A stretch of 56,526 nucleotides of DNA, the filler included, from Dugesia japonica (lineage: Eukaryota): the NCBI GenBank assembly GCA_001938525.1. It is 4 parts of 4 records of this genome, joined end to end, with 100 filler letters (N's around TTAATTAATTAA, not from the genome) between each part and the next. Parts side by side here need not be neighbours in the genome. Positions count along the whole stretch, not along the records: positions 1 to 24,201 come from MQRL01647637.1; positions 24,302 to 34,626 come from MQRL01545168.1; positions 34,727 to 43,774 come from MQRL01556498.1; 1 more part is not named here. One strand, given 5' to 3'. The notes beneath the pieces are model-generated. The model searched no databases and was not told where the DNA came from. It saw only the letters and a program-made list of their open reading frames with translations. The first letter of the stretch is position 1. Every line of letters starts with the position of its first letter. Made by a program: the position numbers and the translations under genes. Shown one piece after another: positions 23,776 through 35,295 of this stretch.

Positions 23776-24124
23776 ATTAATGTTAATATTGCCCGAGGAA
23801 CATTAATATTAATATTGCCCGTGGAAATTTAATGTTAATGTTTCCCGGGGAGGAATATTTTATGTTAATATTGTCTGGGAAAATCACATTCAATAAATTT
23901 TTTTTAATTTAAACACACATAAGCTTTTCAATAACTTTTGATAAAGATACTCAAAATTAAAAATTTCTTTAATTTAAACAAATAATCATTTATTTCGATT
24001 AACTTAAACAAAATAAATAATTTCAACTCATTTAAACAAAAAAATCATTAAAAAAGAAGTATGTGAGACTGTGCGCTCCTATGAAAAAAAAGCAAGTGAG
24101 GCAGTGCGGACTTATCTACCTACT
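23776..24124 (-). repeat. Right TIR of Polinton copy 1
   Basis: Reverse complement of 11399-11766; ends ...CTACCTACT. Confidence 0.92.
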
Positions 24125-24245
24125 TTCAGAGAATGGCGTAAGTAAGCACGAAATTCGAAAAATCTACATAAGAAAAGAAAATGAAGAATTCGAACCCAAG
24201 ANNNNNNNNNNNNNNNNNNNNNNNNNNNNNNNNNNNNNNNNNNNN

Positions 24246-24257
24246 TTAATTAATTAA
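24246..24257. other. Artificial contig linker TTAATTAATTAA inside an N run
   Basis: Identical six-frame-stop 12-mer in the middle of N runs here and at 34671 and 43819. Confidence 0.9.
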
Positions 24258-24301
24258 NNNNNNNNNNNNNNNNNNNNNNNNNNNNNNNNNNNNNNNNNNN
24301 N

Positions 24302-25980
24302 GGGTTGGCGTAAACTCTGCGAGTGACGAATACTCCATACAATCTCTGGTTCATGCATTTAAAATGCTTGTATGTCCCGATGATATTGTACAAGATGTAG
24401 CCAGCCATGATTTGATTCATGCTGCCACTAAACACCTAAATCGCTTCCAGTTGTGCTCAATTGATGAAGCTCTACACTGGCTCTCCACTGATACTCCAAA
24501 TTTAAAACTCAAATGCTGGTGGTCTAAGGTCCATGACACAATCACTTATCTCTACAAAAAGCTCCATATGCAAGTCAGATTCAAGCGTAACGAACTAGGA
24601 GTCTGTGTGCAAGTAATTGATTGCGTCGATGAAGGAAACTATCTGATTTCCTTCAAGGACCNNNNNNNNNNNNNNNNNNNNNNNNNNNNNNNNNNNNNNN
24701 NNNNNNNNNNNNNNNNNNNNNNNNNNNNNNNNNNNNNNNNNNNNNNNNNNNNNNNNNNNNNNNNNNNNNNNNNNNNNNNNNNNNNNNNNNNNNNNNNNNN
24801 NNNNNNNNNNNNNNNNNNNNNNNNNNNNNNNNNNNNNNNNNNNNNNNNNNNNNNNNNNNNNNNACCTGTTATGCAACATACAAAATATTTGAACTCATTG
24901 TCAAATATTAATTATGCAACATACAGTTTTAATAATCTTTGATAATAAATATAGAATATCCTCACAGCCTTGACAAAAACTGGAGCGCTCTCCACAGCTA
25001 TCGGACCATCCTCACTATCCACCAAACCGCTATACGATGGCTCTATTAAACCCAATCAATAGCGTTTCATACACCGAGCAAGAACCGGTACACTTCCAGT
25101 AGGTTGCAACCATTGTATACCATTCAAATCCTGCCGGAAGTAAAAACTCAAGCACATATCTTATGTTATTGCCCATTTCCTCAGCTTTTAAAACAGGGAG
25201 ACACAGTGATGTTCTTGATCTACTTGCCAGGTTTATTAGAGCTAACACTTGCTTTAAAGTCATCGTCGATCAGACCTGTGCCCTTGTTTACAAGATTGAG
25301 CGCGTTGACTTGGAACTTATAAATAGAGAGGGCAAACGAATTATATTACTGAATGTAAAAACTCCCTATGATACATCCAGTAATCTTAAATTAACGAGGG
25401 ACTTAAACATAACGAAATACACACCACTCAAGGAGGAAATCCAGGAAAACTTACCCAAATGGAAAGTCTTCCTTGAAACGATCTCAATCGGGTGTTTGCG
25501 ATCGTGGTACGTTGAAAATGAGCCTATGCTCAAACAAGTTAGGTTCCGCGCTAACACAATCAAATAATTCGCTCTTGTCTCAATCAGAAAGTGCATACCC
25601 TTGTCGAGCAACCATTGGAAATTCCACAAAGGACAAGCTGGCAACCTGGAGATTGAAGAAATCGAAGACTCCAGAGCCAAAATATCTGACGTGGATGAAA
25701 CAAAATAGGGTTCCAAATAAATCCTGCCATTTTCTTGCGTCATCTTCTTTTTCTTCTATTTTTATTTATTTTAAATACAGCTTCAAGCTGGCCAAACCAG
25801 GACATGATTAAGCCTGGGGAGGATTTCTAACCTGAAATATGGTTTTGTATATCGCAGCGTATCAATATGTGTAGTCCTTGTCAACTTATTCTACACTTTG
25901 TTTTTCCTTTATAACGTTTTGTCTATATAATTTGACAATTTGTAACCATGTTTATTTTATTTAAAGTAAAATTCTCTATC
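24302..25980 (+). mobile_element. 3' part of a decayed R2-group (NeSL/Utopia-like) non-LTR retrotransposon
   Basis: RFIHRARTG, SCRK..TQAHILCYC (CCHC), GRHSDVLD, RVDL..IILLNVKTPYD..KY (restriction-like endonuclease), IGCLRSW..NE, followed by a ~300-nt 3' UTR. Confidence 0.8.
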
Positions 25981-26796
25981 GGATAGACTAGTTTATAATT
26001 ACATTCCAGTTACACTTTTTAAAATTCATAATTCCCTCCCGGACTCCAAAAATAAAGTACATTTTTTTCTATTTAACTTTTTATCTATAAGGTTTGGTGA
26101 TTTTAGATTTACAGATTTGCCATCAGTGAAAGATTCCATATCTAATAGATACCTCTTTGACCAATTTTGAGATACTTTTAGAATTTTCGAAAAAAGTTAC
26201 CAAATCCGGGAGGATAACTGAATATCTTCTTAAGGAAGCATTTTTGCCGCGACGATATTTTAACTTTAAATAATGAGTAAAATACTTTAAATGAGTAAAA
26301 TAATACCAAATTTGAAATCATATGAGTTATGTACGCAGAGAAAATTGAGCACCAAAATTCAAAATTTGAGATTTTTCAACACAAAACCCTATTTATTTCA
26401 TCGGGTATTAACTTTGGCGATTTTAGGTTTATATATTCGTAATCAACAAAGAATTTTCTATCTAATAGACATAGTTACTTTATGTAAAGATGAGAAATAG
26501 TTTTTGCGAAAAATTTTTATTTGTGAAAAAAAATCTCCATCGAATTTTGCATCGAATGATGTAAAAATCTCGACAAAAAACTTTTTCAAAAATTTTCGAA
26601 ATTTCGGAGGTTCTAGATTCACTTAAAAAATTTGATTTAAAAAATTTTTAAATTTTCATATTATTTAAAAAATTGAGTTATTCATCCGAATTTCCATAAA
26701 AAATCCTATAAAAAACTTTTCCCAACTAATACATGTAAAAAATATTGCCGCTTAAAAAGCCTGAAAAATTTTTCCAATTAAATACACAGTAAAAAT

Positions 26797-26972
26797 AAAA
26801 AATACTGGATCACTTATGTAATAATCTCGCGACGAGATTAATTACATTATGTAACGTACACAAATGTGTGCCGCCGCCTATTTACATTAGAAAAATACTG
26901 GATCACTAAAGTAATAATCCGATTACGTCAATGGCGGGGGAGGGTGATCCAGTGCGCTACTATCCTACTACT
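26797..26972 (-). repeat. Terminus of a second Polinton-like family (AGTAGTAG end)
   Basis: Ends CTACTACT. The reverse complement AGTAGTAGGATAGTAGCGCACTG resembles the copy-1 TIR tip. Shares CGCCGCCTATTTACATTAGAAAAATAC and TAATCCGATTACGT with 34727-34858. Inner boundary unknown. Confidence 0.6.
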
Positions 26973-27900
26973 ACGGATGAATGGAACGACATTGAAAAAG
27001 TTTATGAGGATTGTCAAAATAATATAAAGGATATATGTCCTAGGAGAAATACTAGTCCAAGCGATGGACAAAATTCAAATTATAATGGATATAACAATAG
27101 ATGATTAATCCCTAGAAGGGGTTACAACGGATACAATAATAACCGAGATTTTAATCGAAATAGTAATTTTAGAGACGAACAGAGTTCAGAAAGACGATAT
27201 AATGATAATAGATGTGATAAAAGAATAAATAATCAAATCTTTTACAGAAATGTTAATAATTGAAATGATATTCGAAATTTCGGCAATAGAGATAATAATG
27301 GAAATTTTAATAAATCTAGAAATCGAAGTAGTAGCGATGAAAGATATAATATTTCAGCCTCAGGCTAATAGTTTTATTGATGATCCAACGGTTTAGAAAC
27401 AAATAACAGAAGTAAAAAAGAAATTTGAGATAACTAGAAAACAAAATCCGTCAATTGATAGAATACAAGACAATAGTTTGAGACAGATCGCTCAAGATCA
27501 AATGGAAGAAGACGATAGTTCACTGAGTTATGAAAGATTGGTAATAAAAGATTTGATACGACTGACACTTACTAGTCATTACGATTGTAGTAAAGTAAAA
27601 CCCATAACAAAAGGAATATTTGAGAATGTACAACTAATAAAAGGTGAAGTCAGCAAATTAATCAATGCAGATTCAAATGTTAATGACTCAAAAGTCATAA
27701 ATGCAATGATGAGCGATGGCAATAATAAAAGCAAAGTAATGACTGCTATATTATATCTAATATTAAGATCAGAAGAATTTCTAATGAAAAGTCCAAAAGG
27801 ATTATTATCAGAAACAGAAAAAATGATAAATTACCATCTAAAAATGAAATTATTCCTAGGATAAAACAACAAGGGAGGTGGGAAGCAATATATCCTAATT
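26973..27900 (+). pseudogene. N/R-rich gag C-terminal-like region plus an unknown ~150-aa domain
   Basis: YNGYNNR..NRDFNRNSNFRD..RNRSSSDERY low-complexity stretch, then ORF 27478-27864. The gag assignment rests on position and composition only. Confidence 0.5.
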
Positions 27901-28029
27901 TGAATAGAGATAATAATAATACAAAAAAATCATTTAAAAATGACAACAATCAATCTGATATATCAAATAAACAAGAAAATGAGATAAGAAGATTGATTAA
28001 TCAGCCATCTTCAAAGCGTAACAGCTCTA

Positions 28030-30515
28030 CTTTAAATATAATTATAATGATAATCACACTTTTGTTGGATATGACAAAAAGAACAAATGCAATATTAGCA
28101 AATGACTGCAATGCTCCGAAATGGGGGAGAAAATATTCTTTACTAGATTTTGAAAATTGTCCTGAAGCTCATCCAGATAAATTGAAAATTTTCAAACCAG
28201 TAGTAATGCATCTATATCAAGAATCAGACTTCATGTATGCAGAAGCAAAAGAATTTAAGGTTAAATACTCAGAGACTGCTTGATATTGTGGACACACACA
28301 CAAAGATTGCCTTTAATACCTTTATGGGCATCAGAAGCCGTCACAGTTTGGCAATGGAATGTGAAGAAGCTTTCAAAACTCAAAAATTAAAAATACGCAT
28401 ATTAGACGCAAGAGTCAGAGCAAGAGTGAGACAAAAAATAGATGTTGTGGGTTGGTCAACTGCATCAGAATGGTTTCGTGGAGGGCAATAACGAATATGG
28501 GAGAATTAAAAGATAATATAGTAGTAAAACGGATATATTATGAGGAACTAAAGAAATCCAGAGCAACATTTGATGCAGCAACAGGTAAAATGATGACATA
28601 CCCATTTTTTGATGCTCAGGATACTAGCTGTGATACGAGAGAATCGACTATCACTTATATAGTTGATCATCAACAATTCGGTCTAACAAAACTCAAAANN
28701 NNNNNNNNNNNNNNNNNNNNNNNNNNNNNNNNNNNNNNNNNNNNNNNNTATGGGCATCAGAAGCCGTCACAGTTTGGCAATGGAATGTGAAGAAGCTTTC
28801 AAAACTCAAAAATTAAAAATACACATATTAGACGCAAGAGTCAGAGCAAGAGTGAGACAAAAAATAGATTTTGTGGGTTGGTCAACTGCATCAAAATGGT
28901 TTCGTGGAGGGCAATAACGAATATGGGAGAATTAAAAGATAATATAGTAGTAAAACGGATATATTGTGAGGAACTAAAGAAATCCAGAGCAACATTTGAT
29001 GCAGCAACAGGTAAAATGATGACATACCTATTTTTTGATGCTCAGGATACTAGCTGTGATACGAGAGAATCGACTATCACTTATATAGTTGATCATCAAA
29101 AATTCGGTCTAACAAAACTCAAAAACATAAAGATGAATGTAATTGAATGAAATCAATTTTCAGACGGACAAGCAAAAGATATTAGAGATGTCAAAAGACC
29201 AGTTCTTGAATTACAAGAAAGAACAACTCCGACTGTGTATATAACCAATTCTACTGACGAAGCTATAAGATTTGTTGATAAAAGCAAAATTAAAAAAATG
29301 CGCAACAGATGTTCGACAGACTAATTATAAAAGTCTGTATCTTAGTTCATAGGATATAAAAGAAGCTAAATCTCAAGTCAATAAATTTGATATTAAACTA
29401 GCAATTTATTTTAATAATAAAAAGGACTATTTCTATCATCACCAGTTAATGCAAATGGACGAGCTCTATCAAGAAACTATAATAAATGATGGCAAAATTA
29501 ATAGAGAAATATTGAGAACAAAAATGGCGATGGCAGTGACAAATCCTGATTTAATGACACCGCTGTTATTTGAAGAGAAAGGAACGTTTGGTAGAATTGT
29601 TTGTGAAGCTTTATTGACTTTCAGCTGCAAACCAGTAAGTGTTACATTAACTGACAGCAAAAAATGCACAAATGAATTACCAGTCATAAATAAAGGAGTG
29701 CCAGCCTATTTGCTGTCGGTTACAAGAATATTGACAGATAAAAATTATAAACCGAAAGAGATTGGAAAATGTAGTAACATGCTGGATCATCTATACAAAG
29801 TTAACGATGATTTATGGATTACCATGTCAGATAGAAAATCTGCTCATAAACCATTAGTGTTAGAAATGGCATCAGAAGATAGAAAAAGGGAATTCCAGCA
29901 TTTTAATGATATGGAAAACAATGAGATTTACTCAAAAGAAGACATAGAAAAAGCAATCAAACATGTCTCATTTCCTATCGTCAAGGATAGAATATTATCT
30001 ATAATGATAGATAAAATTGCAAAAAGTAGCGAAGTCGACGAATTAAATTTTGAATCACTCTTAAACAATGATCATTTTAACCGAGCTATGCAAGGGTTTG
30101 TTGACAAATTCCTGAGAGGGATGCAATGGTTTGGTAATATATTCTCGTGTATCATTGGATTTTACTATTTATTCATTCTAATAAAATAGTTGGTCATCAG
30201 ATATTGTCATTGAAACAAATTCATGCAGTTTTTGAACTTACGTGGAAACTTGCTGCATGTTTTTGTTCATTTATAGCCAAACATATGATAGTAGAAAAAC
30301 ACAATAGAAAAATTATCAATCTAGAAAGACGTGTGGCTGGAGAATTGTCTGCTCCTTTAAATCGATTAGAAGATAATTTGGATGAAACAGATATCAAACA
30401 AAATGATAGTCAATACAGAGGAAATTCATGCAACATACAATCGTCAAACAATCAGAAGATTCAAAGTCTAAATGAACCTAATAATACAAGATTTGGAGCG
30501 TATCGATCAAAATAA
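28030..30515 (+). pseudogene. Chuvirus-like (class III, gB-type) fusion glycoprotein / env pseudogene
   Basis: Signal-like IIIMIITLLL..TNA/ILANDC..YSLLDFENC, HLYQ, YCG, LYQETI..EILRTKMAMAVTNPD..GRIVCEALLTFSCKPVSV..CTNELPV..TRIL..C..Y..W, IYSKEDI..HVSFP, TM WFGNIFSCIIGFYYLFILIK and a second hydrophobic segment. This pattern matches the chuviral glycoprotein as recalled. Confidence 0.8.
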
Positions 30516-33500
30516 TGCTCAAATCAATCAAAAAGAACTTATTGCAAAATATCTTATGGTTACAGACACTGAAGAAGAAGATTTCAGTAGACCGTTTATT
30601 TCAATTAACATAAACAATCAAATAATAACAGCACTAATGGATACTGGCGCTCAAGCGTCTATTATTCGAGCAATATTTCTAAAAAAAGATCAATTAACTG
30701 AATTATATAATAAAACAACATCCATAACTGAAAATTTATTATCAGCATCAAATCATAAAATACAAGTAATGGGTCAAAGAAAATTAACGGTAGGAATTGA
30801 TACCGATAGCATAACTCACACTTTCAGAATAATAGATAAAGATAAATATGAATGGATGTATTAGGAATGGATGTTATGAGAATATTGAAAGGTTATACCT
30901 TTGATCTGTATAACAACCAACTAATAAAAGGAGATACACCAATAAAAAACAAACCACCATATAATATGGTATATACAATGGATGTAATAGAACTCGAATA
31001 CAGAAGTGAAAATATTGTTTCAATGCATGTTGGCATTAATAGTACCGATACCTATATATTCGAGCCAAGTGAGATATTGATGAGTAAATACAATGTAACC
31101 ATGATAACAGAATTTGTGATACCCAAGAAAGAAATCATACTCATATGAATCGCCAACTACGATAACATAAAGTATTAAATTCTATAAAAGTACAAAATTT
31201 GAAAAGTTATTTTCTGAAACAAGAGATTACGAATTATTTCAAGTGAAGAATAAATCGATAGAATACAACAAACCCTCAAAAAATTATCACATTCATGAAA
31301 TAGACATTCTTTCTAAAAATATGGCAAAACTCATTAAACGACATCAGATAAAATATTACGAAAAAACAAAAATCATAAATGATCATTTGAAAATAAGACA
31401 AAGGTGCCAGCTACAAGCATTAATTAACAACTATGACGATGTGTTATCAAAACATGAATTTGACATGGGTAAGGCAGATATAATACAACATATGATTGAT
31501 ACAAAAACAACAAAACTGATAAAACAAAGACCAATTGTGGTCCTATTCAAAAATAAGAGAAGAAGTTAGAACACAAATAAAGGAGCTAAAAGACAACAAA
31601 GTAATTAAACAGAGTTTTTTACAATGGGCGTCGCCAGTAATACCTGTCAAGAAAAAAATGGAGATATCTGGATGTGTGTAGATTATCGAATGTTAAACGA
31701 AATTACGAAAAAAGATACGCATCCATTTCCAAAAGCTCATGAGCAATTTAATAAATTAATGGGTGCATTATGGTTTTCCACTCTGGACGCCAACAAAGCC
31801 TTCCATTTAACAAAAATACAAAAGTGTGATGAAGAGAAAACTGCATTTGTAACAGAAGATGGTCTGTAAGAATTTCAAAGACTAAATAATGCTCCTGCAA
31901 CATTTCAAAGATTAATGAATACCGTACTAATTGATTAAAAAAATATTACTGTCTACATGGATGATATTCAGATAGCTTCAACCACATTTGAAAAGAATGT
32001 CCTTATTAGACTTAAAAAGGCTAACATAAAATTGAAACCAAAAAATTGCAAATGGGCAGAGAAAGAAGTATTATTTCTCGGACATTTTGTGTCAGCAGAA
32101 GGCATATCACCAAATCCAGCTAAAACAGAAGCGGCAAAATCTTACCCAAGACTAACAACTGTTCAAGGAGCACAAGCCTTTTTGGGATTTGTTGGATATT
32201 ATAGAAGATTCATTGAAAACTTTGCTTAAATAGTGGTTTCTTTAATTGATCTTTCAAAAGGAATAAAAACAAAAGGCGAAGGAAAAAATGTAATAATCAC
32301 AGAAATATTAAATAAAAATTCATCAAACCCTCAAAAAAGATGGGAACAAAAACAAATTGCTTTTGAAATATTATTAAGTAAATTAACAACAGCACCATAT
32401 TTTGAGATATTCTGATTTCAGTAAACCTTTTGTTATAATGATAAATGCAAGTGAGTTTGCGGTTGGTGCAGTGTTAGAACAAGAAGAGAAAAATGGAAAA
32501 GACTACGTTATTGAATATGCTAGTAAAATACTGAAAGGAGCAGAAACACAATATTCAACTATCAAAAAGGAATGCTATGCCATAGTATATGCATTAAAGC
32601 AGTTTAGACATCTATGGAACAGAAGTGATTGTGCAAACTGTCACAGACCACTAGAAAATTTGTGGAAAAACAGAGACACATCCAGCAGAATAATAAAATG
32701 GGCCATGAAAATAAAAGATATGAGTATCAGAATTATATATAAATCAGGTAGAGCAGACAAAAATGCAGATGCATTATCAAGAATACCAGTACCAGAAATG
32801 AACGCTAAAGAAATACTGGCAATGTCAATAGAAAGAGATACACCAAAAGCGTTCATGGAGAAGCAGCAAAATGATCATAATATTAGAAAAAATTAAAGAG
32901 CAAATAAAAAAGGGAGAAAATGCAAAATATGAAATTTATAAGGGTCTTGTAGTATATACAAATCTAAGCAATCAAAGACTTTTAATAAATCCAGATACCC
33001 TAAAGCAGAAATTATTACTACAATATCATGATGGTGCTCTTAAAGGGCATTTATTAAATAGAAAAATAGCTTCAAGAATATTATCAAAATACTATTGGAA
33101 AGACATCAAAAAAGATGTCAACAAATGGTGTCAAACACATTCAGTATGTGCCACTAGAAAAAACAAGAATAAAGATAAAAGCTCCATTGAAACCTATGCC
33201 AGTGCCAAGTGCACCCATGGATATATGCACAATCGATTTCTTTGGTAAAATGCCTCTTACCATAAAAGGTAATAGGCAAATATTGGTATTTAGTGATTAC
33301 TTCACTAAGTAAACGGAAGCGTTCCCAACAAGAGATGAGACATCAGAATACTTCGCCAGACTACTAGTCGAAAAAATCATCTTTAAATTTGGAACACCTC
33401 AAAAACTGTTGTCAGATCGGAGAAGGAACTTTTTAAATGAAACACTCATACGGGTGACAGAGATGTTCAATATTCAAAAAATCAATACTACTGCGTATCA

Positions 33501-34088
33501 TCCACAAATAGATGTATTAGTAGAAAGATTCAACAGCACATTATGTAATCGATTATCTGTGTTTGTAAATAAGAAGCAAGACGATTAGGACTTATACATC
33601 AAACCAGTTCTTCATATTCATAATAAAACAGCAAACGAAAGTACAGAATATTCTCCCTTCTATCTTATGTTTCTTAGACAAAATACAATGTAAATATATG
33701 TTAAATTTGAGCCCTCTGTATCTAAATGCATGGAGACTCCAGATTATATTTCAAAAATGCAGAACGATTGCAGGAAGTATATCACCATGCGAGATTGAGT
33801 ATTAAATTTAAACAAGAGCAGTACAAAGATTACTATGATAAAGATGCAAAAATTTACACGTTTAAAGTTGGTGATAAAATTCGCATAAGATCACCTCTAA
33901 ACAAAAAGGGATTAACAAACAAATTAGACAGACTATATAAAGGTTCTTATGAAATTGTCAAGATATCAGAACCAAATTTGCATTACATAAAATATAAAAA
34001 TGATGATCCTTCAATTACACATATGAACAGATGTAAATCTGCGGAAAAAGAATTAGAACCACAAAGAAAACACAAATACAATCTTTGA
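30472..34088 (+). pseudogene. gypsy pol pseudogene (PR-RT-RNaseH-IN)
   Basis: LMDTGAQASII; WASPV, MCVDYRMLN, YMDDI, FLGFVGYYRRFI; INASEFAVGAVL, YASKIL, ECYAIVYAL; HDG..GH..C..C, IDFFG, LSDRR, YHPQ..ERFN, YKGSYEI. Confidence 0.95.
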
Positions 34089-34670
34089 TCAGGTTCTCAA
34101 AACCCAATTATGGCCATCACAATTTTCTCTTTATTCAGTGTTGTTCTGGTTACGAAACAAAAGCTCTCTGGATATCAGCATATGATAAATCAACAATCAA
34201 AGCAATAGTAGGACCATCATATATGTATTTTCAAACGAAAACAGAAAGAATTGCAGCAGAACAAAAACAGAATAAATTTGTTCGTAGAAATAAAATATCT
34301 CCTCCTCAACTACCTTATTCTCTTTCACACATCGTTCAATCAATTGATGAACAAACGTACAACACTTGCATTTTTGGTATTGAGTGCGTAGATCCAGACA
34401 ATGATGAGGATTTCTTTAAGATAAATAACATACAAAATGAATTTTCTAAGGTTTAAAATAAGTTTTAATATTATATATGAAAAGGGTATAAATTAAGTTC
34501 CCAGTAATATCTGGGTTGGTTTCTCGATAGAACATCCTAAAATTATTTATAAGCATTTTTTTTGTTGAGGTAATTACTGTTACCCTTCAGGTTATATATT
34601 GAATAATTATTTGTTTTAAATATATTNNNNNNNNNNNNNNNNNNNNNNNNNNNNNNNNNNNNNNNNNNNN

Positions 34671-34682
34671 TTAATTAATTAA
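34671..34682. other. Artificial contig linker TTAATTAATTAA
   Basis: Same as 24246. Confidence 0.9.
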
Positions 34683-34726
34683 NNNNNNNNNNNNNNNNNN
34701 NNNNNNNNNNNNNNNNNNNNNNNNNN

Positions 34727-34858
34727 TAATTTGTGTGCAAAATTTGTTCGCCGCCTATTTACATTAGAAAAATACAACCTCAGTTATGTATTAATCCGAT
34801 TACGTAGGGGGGAGCTTGCTGAATGTGTGCATGCTATGACCGCCACTATCTATCTACT
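34727..34858 (-). repeat. Second terminus of the other Polinton-like family, inserted into Polinton copy 2
   Basis: Ends CTATCTACT, shares blocks with 26797-26972, and truncates the ORF 34850-35032. Confidence 0.6.
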
Positions 34859-35126
34859 CTCCAGTTCAATCAGATGCATATCCATTGTCATCATCAAATT
34901 GAACATTGCACATCCATTACAATCCGGTGAACAAAAATCAGCTCTCATGAACTGATTTACAAAAACAGCGGGAAGCATTGGTTTCCGTTCTTTGTCAAGC
35001 ATTCCCCGTTCTTTTAATATATCTGTTAGCATTCCTTAATTAAAAGCTTTAAAAATGAAATTACAAATTAATAAAAGTCAAACCTGTTTTGATAAAATCT
35101 TCTTCAAAATCTTTCATTGATGTCAT
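34859..35126 (-). pseudogene. Predicted two-exon orphan gene of Polinton copy 2, 3'-truncated
   Basis: Exon 35126-35084 (MTSMKDFEEDFIKT), 49-nt intron GTTTGA..TTAAG at 35083-35035, in-frame exon GMLTDILKERG..FCSPDCNGC..IELE. TATATAT lies ~50 nt upstream. Confidence 0.55.
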
Positions 35127-35295
35127 TTTTTAGTTATTTTAATGAAATTTAAAAGAAAATAATAATGAAATGCAATATATATGCATAATAGAAACCACAA
35201 CATAATATATTAATTATTTGAAATTTAAATATTTAGATTTAAATTAATATTATTTGTACTTGAATTGTACTTGAATTGCATCTGTGTTGCGAATT

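Larger units (their letters stand above)
11399..24124 (+). mobile_element. Polinton/Maverick (adintovirus-like) endogenous element, copy 1, full length but pseudogenised
   Basis: Starts AGTAGT and ends CTACT, with ~360-bp TIRs. Flanks TTCAGC (11393-11398) and TTCAGA (24125-24130) form a 6-bp TSD with one mismatch. Contains ATPase, integrase, penton, hexon, protease and pPolB. Confidence 0.96.
26973..34456 (+). mobile_element. Decayed Ty3/gypsy element with order gag-like, viral fusion glycoprotein, PR, RT, RNaseH, IN (LTRs not in window)
   Basis: Continuous same-strand coding-like sequence. The RT-RH-IN order and motifs are gypsy-type. Confidence 0.88.

Noticed and set aside
26010-26796. MITE-like non-coding region with CCTCCCGGA/TCCGGGAGG inverted motif
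   Set aside because: Boundaries, TIR and TSD could not be defined.
26871-34800. Shared block at 26871 and 34749 as the two LTRs of the env-gypsy element
   Set aside because: The second copy lies beyond an artificial linker, both end in CTACT (Polinton-like) rather than CA, and no PBS follows.
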